This document shows positions 1-11,440 of a DNA stretch of 64,000 nucleotides, piece after piece. Below the pieces are notes generated by a model. That model did no database searches, was not told where the DNA came from, and worked only from the letters and a program-made list of their open reading frames with translations. This stretch comes from Macrostomum lignano. Its lineage: Eukaryota. The stretch is from assembly GCA_002269645.1 (NCBI GenBank), contig NIVC01001672.1:53162-117161 (forward strand). Reading direction: 5' to 3'. Position numbers and translations under genes: made by a program. Numbering within the stretch: the stretch's first letter is position 1; each line of letters begins with the position of its first letter.

Positions 1-1360
1 TATCTGTCTTTGTCTGTTTTAGCAAACCCTTTAATAAGCCACTTTTGAAACTTATTTTATCCTCCTTGCTATTCCTCTGTTCATTTAACTTTGGTTTCAA
101 CAGCTTTACTCTAATATTTAATACCCTTTCCTAAGCCATGCTCTATGCTTATTTTCACCATTTTACTCACCACTTTATCCACTTTCTCTAGCCTACACCT
201 TGCGCCTCGTATGCAAGTAGCATTAGTTACAACTTCACTAATAATCCAACACCTGTTTTCTTTTGCTTATGCCGCTCGGTGGGCCTTCGCTTTGTGAAAT
301 AAGGGCAATGAAGTGATCTTAATTTAAGCATGTTATGCCCAATGTTATTTTTTAGTCTAATGCGAACTTCAGAAGGTTTTTCTATCAGGAAAGTACAGCA
401 CATGCTTGTGCACCAGTAAAGATCCTATTGCGTGAAGCGAACACCAATGAAATGCGTTATAGAAATCATATATATACTAGCGTTCAGTGAGAATGAAGCC
501 TCTCTCCAGTTTTTCCCGGTTCTCGGCTCTCCGCCTCTTTGCCTCCTCAACTGCTCGCTAGCTTGCCCCAACAATCGGGCTGAACTCTAATATCCGATTT
601 AACAGAGATAAATCGGACAAACGTCAATTCGTGCAACAATATCGATAAGTAGCCTGTGGCTCCATTTTCACTGAATTGCTTAACAAATTTGCGTAATTGC
701 GTGATCAATATCCTATTAGGAATTGCTACTAACATTGATTAGTAATAAACATCTTGTTGAAGGTTAGAGATCGAGAGAAACAAATCGAACCTCCGACTTA
801 TTTGATTCAACAGCAACATCAACGATCATAGTCATCGTCAGAGGGGCACACCCCCGCAACACATTATTCTAAAACATTTGACTAGCCCGACGGAAGACAG
901 TATCAACAAGACAACGGAGGGAAATGGCGACAACGAAACATCAACAAAAGTGAAGCCCACAGCAGTCATTTTCAACGGTCGCAAGCGCCATGTCGAAGAC
1001 AAAGACGTTTCGACGCTCTGAGTATGCAGCGGGAAATGGTGGAGCTGCAGAAGGAGCCTGTCCACCTGGGCATACACCTGTTGCTAAACGCTTTATTAAG
1101 CGTTGTAAGTTCTCATTATGAGAACTGAAAAGTTTAATCATCCGTTGACTGCTGTGTTGACAACCAACAGACATTGCAAGGGTTTCTTTATTCAGTGTTC
1201 GCTAATAGTTTAGTACTAACAGTTCATTACTAAGTACTAACATCTTAATAGCAGCCTGATACCAGTTTTTCTCGTTTTACATACCATAATAAACAATAAA
1301 AACGATATTCGATTGTGAGCGTGAATGTCTCGATATTCTTTTCGAACTAGTCATTACGAC

Positions 1361-2850
1361 CTAAAAATAGAAAGCAACCACTCGATCACGCTCCACAGCA
1401 CCGGCGACATCTTGTTCTCCACCTTCAAATCCATCGTCGACGATGTCCTCCACGCTCATCTCCATCACGTCAGGAACACGAATGCGACGGGCTTTGTTAT
1501 GCAGGAAAATGCAGACGACAACGACCCGAGCCGAAAGAGCGGGGTCGAATTGCAAAGGCCCAGTGACTTTGTTAGACAAACAAAGGAACCAAGACTTAAG
1601 AATCCCAAATGTCCTCTCTATTGCGACACGCGTCTTTCGCAGAGCCTGATTGTATGCTCTAATTGACAGAGCCGGGGTACACATACGGCGTGAGCAGGTA
1701 TGGTTTCAACGCGTAGCCACTATCACCAAGGAGCCACTTGTCACCAAACTCGCCATTTAAAATTCGTTGTTTTAGATCCGACTGATTGAAAATGAACGAA
1801 TCGTTTGCTGAACCAGGAAAGCGGACAACAGCGTCCACTATTTTTAAATCGCTGTCACACACACACTGTACGTTAATCGAGTGGTATCCTTTGCGGTTCG
1901 CGAACACATTTTCGTTTTCACTCGGAGACTTTATGGAAATGTGGGTCCCATTAATGCAACCGAGTACCTTAGGGAACCCGGCGATGGCAGCGAACTGAAC
2001 TGACACCGTCTCTCTCTGTAGCTCCGAACCGAAGCTAATATCCTCTCGAACTGTACTCACCAAGCAGTCGACAACTTCACGACAACTTCACGAACAATGC
2101 GACTAACAGATGGTCGAGAAACCCCAAATGACGCCTGCCGATTGCTAACCAGACATCCTGTTGCTAAGTAATTTACATGTATTGTGACACACAGCTTTAC
2201 AACGGTGGGTATAGCCCGATTCCTGTGCGTTCTGGGCTCCAGATTTTGTCCCATGGTGTCCAGCAATTCCACGATAGCGCCTCTTGGAAACGGTATCGTT
2301 TCAGTAACTCGTCTGCTAAGGTGAGGGGATCGCTCCTAAAAAGTCACAGAAGACACCCCACTGTAGCGGTAGGCCTACTAACAAAAACACAGGGTAGCCC
2401 TATTGTTGTCATTAGTTGGTAATGAGGGTTATTATGTCAAAAATACTTAGTGACCAACAGAGTTCTGGCGATAAATTGGAGTAGTAGTGGATCAATTTTT
2501 GTGCTCGTATCTCCAGAAGACTCAGCAAACAAAGGAGTCACTAAATAAAGCTTTATAAGAATCTTCACTATATAGCCACATTCTACCGTATTTTGCAACA
2601 CGGACCTTACACTTTAACATGTTGCCTTTCGATAAACATCAGCAGTTTCAGCAGTCCTACCAATGAACCGTTTTCGGAATCGAAATTACTTACGACTCCT
2701 GCGCAGGTTTAGGACTTTCTTCCCTGGCTAGTGAAGATTCACCTATGTTTTCCAAAAAACATCTGGAATTGGATAAGTTTTTTACCACAGAGGCAAACTC
2801 ACTGACTACAAGGTAAAACCTATCTAAGTAAATTATTCATGGATCGGCCT
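1361..2850 (-). mobile_element. PIF/Harbinger DNA transposon remnant: DDE_Tnp_4 (HARBI1-like) transposase at 1361-2272 broken by two frameshifts; probable 5' terminus near 2850
   Basis: Three consecutive minus ORFs (2057-2272, 1659-2063, 1361-1684) join into one transposase: HTH region (LATG...FGVSRPSVSRIV), GFPKVLGCINGTH, RKGYHSINVQCVCD, GDSGY, YNQALRKTRVAIERTFGILK, VVCIFLHN. First catalytic Asp reads Asn. The terminus (minus AGGCCGATCCATGAATAA) is Harbinger-like; the partner TIR was not found. Confidence 0.88.
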
Positions 2851-2899
2851 CCAAGTTTTGTAGTTTTCCGTCCCGAGTATTGAGTAGTCCCTGGGCGGG

Positions 2900-3852
2900 T
2901 GTCAGATCAGTTTCCTCTGCGCGCGAGCTCTCTGAAGGCGGCAAACAGCGTGTGACTGGTCGATCACCCCAGCGTCATCCAAGCCAGGCAATCCACGTAG
3001 CGGCGCGTCCGGCCAAAAAACCCGGCGCCAGGGTGCCCTGCATCGTGAGCAGCAAGACGTGCTGCACCAATTGAGGGCGCAGTAGTGTAGGCCTCCGCAC
3101 GGATAGTGTGGCACGGCAGTTGAAGTCTTCGCCTACGTAGGGTCTCGCTAGGTGGTCGCAGCCCTGCGCGCTGGAAGAGGGCTGCGACGGAGATTGCATC
3201 CGGATATTTGATGCTGAAGACGACTCGCAGCAGGCCCGAGTGTGCTGCGACTAGCCGCTTCTTCAGAGTCTCGGTCAGCTCCCATGTCTTAGTGTTGTAG
3301 GCCAGAACGTTTCGACTACCGCCTGAAACAGCCGAGACCTCAAGCGGTCTGACAGCGCGGCGTTCTGCAGGACCACCCGGATAGAACGGAAGGCCGCCCA
3401 GGCCAGGCCTCTGCGTTGCACCAAATCCTCCTGGACAATGGGCACTGAGTTGCTGCATGACCGTCGACGCCCCTGCAGGTGATGTTGATAGGCAGCTTCG
3501 CAGGTAAAGTCATCACAGCTCTGTCTTCTCGATGTTCACCGCTAGCCTGACCGATCCCGCAGATGCTACAAAGCTGTTTAGCATGCGCTGGGCTCCCTCA
3601 GCCATACAGTCGAGCAGCGCCAGGTCGTCGGCGTAACCCTCTGGGGGGTGACTGAGTTGTTCTCTGGCACAGCAGGAAGCCGTCCTCATCTGTTGGCTGA
3701 ATCCTCCGCAGCACCCAATAGAGAACTTTTTAGCACCTCAGAGGTCGTGTTGAACAGGTCGGACAGTACGTCAGGCGTCACCACGGCGGCTAGGGTCTCC
3801 TGGTAGAGAGCTATGGTTGCTGCGATTGGTCGCTCTGGCACGTGATACTGCA
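2900..3852 (-). mobile_element. Degraded RTE-type non-LTR retrotransposon, 3' half of RT
   Basis: Minus translation gives QYHVPERPIAATIALYQET, GYADDLALL (~3612-3640), YNTKTWELTE and LRRRRLQL...RAEAY...GRTRRYVDCL, collinear with the intact element at 41552-44449. It carries stops and frameshifts. Confidence 0.9.
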
Positions 3853-4517
3853 ACTCCATCATCGAGGCTTTGCTACAGGAGGGCAGTGCGGAAAGACGAG
3901 TAACGAGTGCTTACCAGCCTCAGACGAATGGACAAACTGAGAGGCTAAACCAAACGTGCCTCAGCCTGCTTCGTAAGGCTTGCAACTCCCCAACTGACAT
4001 TAACTGGGAACGGCACCTGGACGCAATCCAACTGGCTTACAACAGCAGGCGCAATTCGACGACTCTGGCTTCGCCTTTCAGTGCTGTTTTTGGCTTTAAG
4101 CCTCTGCTTGGAAGCGATGCGGCGGCTGCTCTCGGCCAGCCTGCGTCGTCTCCAGCATCAGTGCAACGACGATGGCTTGTGGAAAAAGAGCAGCAGCGCG
4201 CAGCTGTGGCCTCCAGGCTGGCGGACAGAATCAAAATTTCCCAACAGCGAATGCGGGAACGTCACGCGAGGATTGCCAAGGAAGTGGAGACAATCAACCC
4301 TGGCATGCTTGTTAGACTTCGCAATTACCTTCGCGACGATCGAAAAAGCGGAAAACTTCTGTCCATTTGGAGCGACTTGGACCTAGTGTGGAGATGCGTG
4401 GGACTAAGCGTCTACCAGTTGACTGGCCTAAAGCGCTGTGTCAATGGAGTACATCTGAAGCGATGCAGGACGCCGGCCGAACCTTTTGGTCGAATTGCTT
4501 CCCAAATATTTTGGTGA
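3853..4517 (+). mobile_element. Ty3/Gypsy LTR retrotransposon integrase, C-terminal fragment
   Basis: TSAYQPQTNGQTERLNQT, WERHLDAIQLAYNS and SPFSAVFG are rve integrase motifs, followed by a GPY/F-like region. The 5' side is cut at the RTE junction. Confidence 0.88.
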
Positions 4518-4794
4518 CTTTAACTAATTGATTAAAGTCTTGCTGATATCAATTAGCTATCTAAGGCTGATCGTGCTTCTTAGAAGCTGTATTTTCTGTT
4601 AGTTAAAAATAAAAACAACAATTGTCTTGGAATTCTTCCAATTTGGTACTTATTGCTTCTTTGCTTTGAAAATATTAAACTGACAAATTGTTCATTGATC
4701 CGGACTTCACAATCAGGATATCGCAAAGAAAACCTTAGTTTTTTGGCCAGATACTTCGTATTTCAATCTGCTTGTGACTTCCGTGGGGAGAGAA

Positions 4795-5111
4795 TGCAAG
4801 TACTCCGGAGAACGCAAAGCAGCTTGAGAAATCTGGACCGGATACTTTAAGATGCTTGGAATATCTGGGGGAGATCAGAAAGCCCTTGCAATGTCCGGTT
4901 GGAGATCAGAAAGTACTTGCACTGTCTGGGCGGATAACACAAGACACGGATATCCGAAAGCATATCACCGGGATCTCGTCGTCAAGGACCACTAAAAGTT
5001 ACCTGTACAATGGTATAACTTCTAGTGGTCATTGGACCTCGTCTTGGACCTAGCCAACAATTAAAGCATCTTAAAGCAAAGCATAAATGAGTGTATGTGA
5101 GGGTGTTTACA
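4795..5111 (+). mobile_element. Putative 3' LTR of the Gypsy remnant
   Basis: Purine tract GGGGAGAGAA (4785-4794) directly precedes TGCAA; the segment ends in TTACA (5107-5111); AATTAAA near 5060. No second LTR in the window for confirmation. Confidence 0.5.
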
Positions 5112-5738
5112 TATACGTATAATGAATTCGTCTTGTTTATTTATTTAATAGGTCTAAAGCATCGCTGTCTCTTGATCCATCCATATCCACTTTCGAGGTG
5201 CTGGTTGTGGCCACACACAGCGACTCCTGTATCGATATACTAAAATGAATCCATATGAATTTGTACAACAGGTACAGGGCATAAGAATACATACATAAGT
5301 AGGCTTATGACAGAGATTCAAACTGTGCACGTCATGCATAAAAAACTATTGATATAAAAAATGTTTTGTGAATTATCACTTCTCTTGCGCTAAAACTGTA
5401 CAATAATGTATAGTTTGGCGATAATTTATTCGTTCAGCGATATGATTACATAAAATAATTTAATATCTGTTCAAGTGAGCGCTCCAGTATGCGTTTCATT
5501 GTGAGTTGAATCGTAAGAATTCAGGTGTAAATTCGAAGTTGTGAGTGTGGAAGAAAATCGAGTATAAGATTACAATAGTTGCGATGGAGCCTAAGAAAAT
5601 ACTCGTATTTGGGCATTCAATAAACATTTAATTAGCGCATGCAAGAAACAGTGAAGGAACACCGAGGTTTGTAAGCAGAGGCAGAGGAAAACGGACTACT
5701 CGTATTCATAGTAGCTATCAGCATGGATTCAACTCTGT

Positions 5739-8697
5739 CTAAACAGTGCCTTCAGAATTCTTGCCGGACTCAATTCCAGCCGTGATGTCAACCTGATTCC
5801 GTTTCACACAGCAGCAGCCGCAGATGCGGGACAGCAGCCGGTCGTACGGCGCCAGAGAACGCAGCGGCTCCGGCAGGAAGTCCCAGGTGCGCAGAAACTC
5901 TGGCAGCCAGTCGGGTCTGTGCGTCTGCAGCAAGCCAACAACGCCAGCTAGGAGCATCGGTGCAACCAACAGGCCAAACGCGACGTAGACGGCGGCGGTA
6001 TGCAGCAGCGACAGGGCGAAGAACATCAGCGGTAGCAGCAGGAATGCAAGCAGGATGTAGACGATAGCGAACCAACGATAAGCGGCGGTGGCAGCGCCGA
6101 GCTTCTTTGCCAGCGCGATCGGGACGCGTTTCAGTAATGGCACTGGCAGCCAGATCAGCACGCCGAACAAGTTGAAGAACAGGTGCACCAGCGCCGTCTG
6201 CAGGCTGGAGTCGCTGCCGGAGGCCAGAGCGGCCAGCAGGCCGGTTGTGGTGGTGCCGAGGTTCGACCCCAGCGCGAGCGGGTACATGATTTCCACCGTG
6301 ATCACTCCGGTGCCAACAAGAGGAGTCAGGGCTGACGTCAGTACAGATGACGACTGGACCAGTATTGTCAGACCGGCGCCAACCAGCAGCGATATGTAGT
6401 CCATGGCGAACAGCAGGCAGCGATTCTCCGTGCGTGTCACCCTCTCGATAGTCGTCTTGACTTTGCTCTCCAGCAGCGAGCGCAGGATTCGAACTAGGCC
6501 AACTAGGCAGCCAATCAGAGCGGCGAGCGACAAGGCCAGTAGGATGCCCCCAATGATGGCGTCCGCCCAGTGACCGGCAACTTCCATGAACATAAACTGG
6601 CCTGTTGCGTGTGGATGGTTTAAATAACAGGTATTTTGTGCGGAACTGATTAAGCAGAGATATAACGACAGTTTTGTGAATGTTGCTAAATAAAATTCGG
6701 TAGAGTAGATAAGCAGAAAGCAAAATAGGATGTCAGCCTAAGCACCGGAATGAAGTCCCAAGTAAAGTTCCGAATGCAATTAGTAGCTTGTGCTGAGCCC
6801 TTTATCCCCTGGGGAGCCCAACAAGTGACGGACCTGTATGGGATTTCTCATCCTTTCTAGTAGACTAGAATTCCTGGTCCCTGGTTTGATTCCGTGCCAA
6901 GGACCACTGAAGTCACTTCGTTAAACTTAAGTAGCCCTTGTTCCGTTCGTAGTCCCTTTCATAACTAGGGTTTTGAATTCACAGCCAAGGACCACTGAAG
7001 TCACTTCTTAAGTAGTCCTTATTCACAGCCATGAGTACCAAGCTGTGCTCATACTCCCTAAGGAACAGACAGTGTACATCTCTTGACGATTAGAAAGTCA
7101 GGGCCGCTGTACACCCTGTGTGAGCGTGTGTATGAGTGCGTGCCTGCGTACAATACTGGGGAGCTAGTATGTCCTCAGAAGTCAACGGAACGGGCAGAAC
7201 TGTCTCAGCGCTGGTTGTGGGACGATGTCGCTGGAATGCGTTGCGCCTACGGCCCTCCCCCGCAACGCACTTATACGCTCGTAAATGTTATGGCAGTCTA
7301 TTTGGTGCAGTGGTTTACTCCAGTCTCCATTTGGGTGTGCTTAAGTTGACATCCTGTCCATTAAATGCTTCTGGATATTGGATTAATTGCGTGGTGGAAA
7401 ATCGCGTAGAACACGCTCTCCTACATGTATACTGTTGGTAGTAAATCAAGTTTTTCTCATGCGCGTTTAAACTCACATTTCTCAAGGCAGGTACTATTTG
7501 AGGTCTTGCAGCAGACTTTAATTAGCGTACTACTGTTGCGAAGAAGCTCCGGGTCCTTCAGCAGCTTGCTGTCCAACCTAATCACCAGACCAGTGAACGG
7601 GGAAGTGATGGCTTTGAGAAAGTCGGGCGGTTTGTCCACATTGATGGTGCTGTTGGCGTTGCTGTTCACGATGAGGCCAGTCAGGCTGGTGAGGGCTCCG
7701 CTGGCCATCTCCAGGGGCAGCAGGACCAGCACAGTCAGCCAGTTGAACATGTCGTGCACTGTGGCACCGGCGAACGCGCGCTCGAGTTCTTCTCTGTCGC
7801 CAATCTGGCCCAGGGAGACAATCGTGTTGGTGACCGTGGTGCCGATGTTGGCCCCCATGATCATGTAAACCGAGGAGCGCAGCTCCAGGATCTGAGCACC
7901 GACCATTGTGATGATCAGCGAAGTGGAAGTTGACGAGCTCTGCACCAGGACGGTAAGCAGGACGCCCATCATCAGGCAGGCGACGGGGTTGGCGAACACG
8001 ACGTTGTTGGACAGCAGCTCGCCAACCTGACGGCCACCGAGCAGGCGGAAGGCGGAGCTCATGAGGTCGAGTGAGCACACAAAGAAGTACAGGCAGAGAA
8101 GCAGAGCCAGTAGTCGTAGGACGAGCAAAGCGACTCGGAGAGCTAGCGGTCTCTTTGACTGAGTCGACTCATCGGTTGATTCATCGCTCTGCTTTGATGT
8201 TGTCGTAACTTTTTTCTCAATTGGCACTGGCTCGTCGAATATATCGGCTTGCTTGCAGATGGTCACGGTGCTGGAACTTGTTGGGAGGGTTCATCAAAGG
8301 TTGAAACTGACTGCTTACACCTAAAATAGCTAGAGAACAGAAGCAAGCAGACCCCACAGAGACAAGGTGACCATCCAGGAGCACTAGGTTGTCGAATACT
8401 TAGATGCCAAGACTTATGGGGAATGCTGAGATGCCAAGACTCAAGGGGAATGCTGATGATGCCAAGACTCAAGGGGAATGCTGAGATGCCAAGACTCAAG
8501 GTGGGAATGCTGAGATGCCAAGACTCAAGGGGGGAATGCTGAGATGCCAAGACTCAAGGTTGGAATGCTGAGATGCCAAGGCTCAAGGTGGGAATGCTGA
8601 GATGCCGAGGTAAAAGTTTAATTTCCGCTAAAGCCGCATTGGCCACAACAGCAGAAAAGGACAGCACTGATGCTTACCTATCAGTCGTTGATTCCAT
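5739..8697 (-). CDS. SLC34A2: Sodium-dependent phosphate cotransporter, SLC34/NaPi-II family. Exons 8697-8678, 8320-7477 and 6601-5739, with a 1-nt frameshift at ~8266
   Basis: Both signature repeats are present (VLVQSSSTSTS, ILVQSSSVLTS), plus GANIGTTVT/GSNLGTTTT, AGATVHDMFNWL, HLFFNLFG and LRTWDFLPEPLRSLAPYD with a Cys cluster. GT-AG junctions are phase-consistent (MESTTD R CKQ; EK C QFMF). Paralogue assignment is family-level only. Confidence 0.93.
6860..7300 (+). mobile_element. Degraded tRNA-derived SINE-like element in SLC34 intron 2
   Basis: B-box-like GGTTTGATTCC (~6882). Central block GTGTACAT...AGGGCCGCTGTACACC..GTGTG...TGCCTGCGTAC and 3' GTTGTG..ATGTCGCT are shared with the SINE at 63236-63602. 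Confidence 0.55.
8401..8607. repeat. 27-29 bp minisatellite (GATGCCAAGACTCAAGGGGAATGCTGA) in SLC34 intron 1
   Basis: About 7 tandem copies read directly. Confidence 0.95.
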
Positions 8698-8805
8698 TGT
8701 GGCGTTGATGAGTTGAAGGAATTTCTTGGAGCACAGATGGTCTAGCAAATGTTGGAATTAGTTCCGCTTTTTTTGATTCGAGCACAAATCCGCAGGCTGT
8801 CGCAT

Positions 8806-8812
8806 ATTTATA
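8806..8812 (-). promoter_or_regulatory. Candidate TATA box (TATAAAT) of the SLC34 gene
   Basis: About 110 nt upstream of the exon-1 ATG at 8697; supported by position only. Confidence 0.4.
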
Positions 8813-9231
8813 CCCAAGCCGGACGCCAGTGCTGCTTATCGTGTCCATTAGTGACGGGCGCACACAGGGGTTTGCTCATAAATTCTATGCAGGTAGCAAT
8901 GCAATACGAATGGCAACCTGGCTAAGAGTTCAGTCACGCGGCACTCTCGTGGCCTGCGGTGCGGTTGGCCCAACACAAATTGACCACCACAATCAGCAGA
9001 TCGCCTTGGTATACAGTGATTTCAAACGCATATACAAAGTTCGATCCATGTCACTGGTGGCAGCGAGGCGCGCGCAGAAAACTTGGCGAGACTTCGGAAT
9101 TTTTTTCACACGCCATGATTTTTTACAAGCTAATAAGTTTTGGCGACACACCCACAGCTAGTGCAGAAACCGGAGTGCCAAGTGGTTATAGCTGGATATT
9201 GGCTTTTATGCTGCTTAAACATTATCATTTA

Positions 9232-9672
9232 TCCAGTCTGTACATTATCCTGCATCCATTCTACACATTATCCTACATCCAGTTTTAACATGATCCTATA
9301 TTCAGTATGTACATTATCCTATATATATTCAGTATGCACATTATCCTTTATACAGTATACACATTATCCTACATCCAGTATGTACATGATCCTACATCCA
9401 GTATGCACATTATCCTATATTCAGTATGTACATTATCCTACATCCATTCTGTACATTATCCTATATCCAGTATGTACATTATCCTACTACATCCAGTATG
9501 CACATTATCCTATATTCAGTATGTACATTATCCTACTACATCCAGTATACACATTATCCTATATTCAGTATGTACATTATCCTACACCCAGTAAGCACAT
9601 TATCATGTATCTAGTATGCACATTATCCTACGCCCAGTATGCACATTATCCGTATATCCAGTTGAAACATTA
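9232..9672. repeat. Degenerate ~23 bp minisatellite (CACATTATCCTACATCCAGTATG)
   Basis: Tandem copies read directly; explains the Y/I/H-rich spurious ORFs. Confidence 0.93.
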
Positions 9673-10103
9673 TCCTAAATTTAGTAACACATTTGCCAAC
9701 AAATAGCCAACACATTAGCCTTTACCTCCCTTGTACATTACCCTCAATCTAAGCACATACACCCCAAAAGGTACATGTAGCTTGAACTTTCAATAAATAA
9801 ATTTGCAAGCAGAGACAAATAAAATAAATTACCATTCGCACCTTCAGCCCCGTATTATTATACTTAAATCTTGTTTTCTAAACATGTGTACCCAGTTGGA
9901 GTTTAGTCAGAAACAGGAAAATTGTGTTATTTATTGCCAGAAAAATAATTGCAGACCTACTCGTATTGCGCGCAGTTTCCACAGAGTATTTTTCGCTGGC
10001 CTGGCACTTTACGATTGAAAAGCACAACAATTAAGCGAAACAATTCTTACCTTGCAGATTTTTATGACCAAAGAAATATTGTATTAACTTTAATTAATTT
10101 GCC

Positions 10104-10984
10104 TACATCGCATTAGCTTACATCAGGCATCACATTAGCCTACATCAGGCATCACATTAGCCTACATCAGGCATCACATTAGACTATATCAGGCATCACA
10201 TTAGACTACGTCAGGCATCACATTAGACTATATCAGGCATCACACTAGACTACATCAGGCATCACACTAGACTACGTCAGGCATCACATTAGCCTACATC
10301 AGGCATCACATTAGACTATATCAGGCATCACATTAGACTACATCAGGCATCACATTAGACTACATCAGGCATCACACTAGACTACATCAGGCATCACATT
10401 AGACTACATCAGGCATCACATTAGCCTACATCAGGCATCACATTAGACTATATCAGGCATCACATTAGACTACATCAGGCATCACATTAGACTATATCAG
10501 GCATCACATTAGACTACATCAGGCATCACATTAGCCTACATCAGGCATCACATTAGCCTACATCAGGCATCACATTAGCTTACATCAGGCATCACATTAG
10601 CCTACATCAGGCATCACATTAGCTTACATCAGGCATCACATTAGACTACATCAGGCATCACATTAGACTATATCAGGCATCACATTAGACTACATCAGGC
10701 ATCACATTAGCCTACATCAGGCATCACATTAGCCTACATCAGGCATCACATTAGCTTACATCAGGCATCACATTAGCCTACATCAGGCATCACATTTGCC
10801 TACATCAGGCATCACATTAGCTTACATCAGGCATCACATTAGCCTACATCAGGCATCACATTAGCTTACATCAGGCATCACATTAGCCTACATCAGGCAT
10901 CACATTAGACTACATCAGGCATCACATTAGCTTACATAAGGCATCACATTAGCCTACATCAGGCATCACATTAGCCTACATCAG
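10104..10984. repeat. Homogeneous 22 bp minisatellite (CACATTAGCCTACATCAGGCAT)
   Basis: About 40 tandem copies. Confidence 0.97.
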
Positions 10985-11440
10985 ACAATAAACTTGCCCG
11001 ATAAAGTTAGATTTACTCAAGAAACTCTTTCACAGAAGAGTGCACCCAGACATACCGATAATAACCCAGATAGTGCAACTGACACAAGTGAATTCAACAG
11101 TTCAGTGCAAAGTTGCACCCCATGAATTCAAAAAATTTGCCCGATAAGATCGAGTCTCGAAAACTTATATAAATAGACTTCACAAGGAATTCACTGTCGT
11201 GCAACACGAGTGTTTATCACGTTCATACATTTACTTTATTTAACTTTTTGAGGTTCGAAGTTAGAAAAAAAATTGATAAAACCTGCACAAATACACACGA
11301 ATAACTGATGCAGGACCCTGCAAAGTTCGCTGTAGGCAAAAAATGAACATTGATAAAAAACGCTTGAATATATTTAAGGTTTTTTATCACTAAGTTAAAT
11401 ATATTGGTTCCATCAATTTGACTCGTAAGTTTATTTTTGG

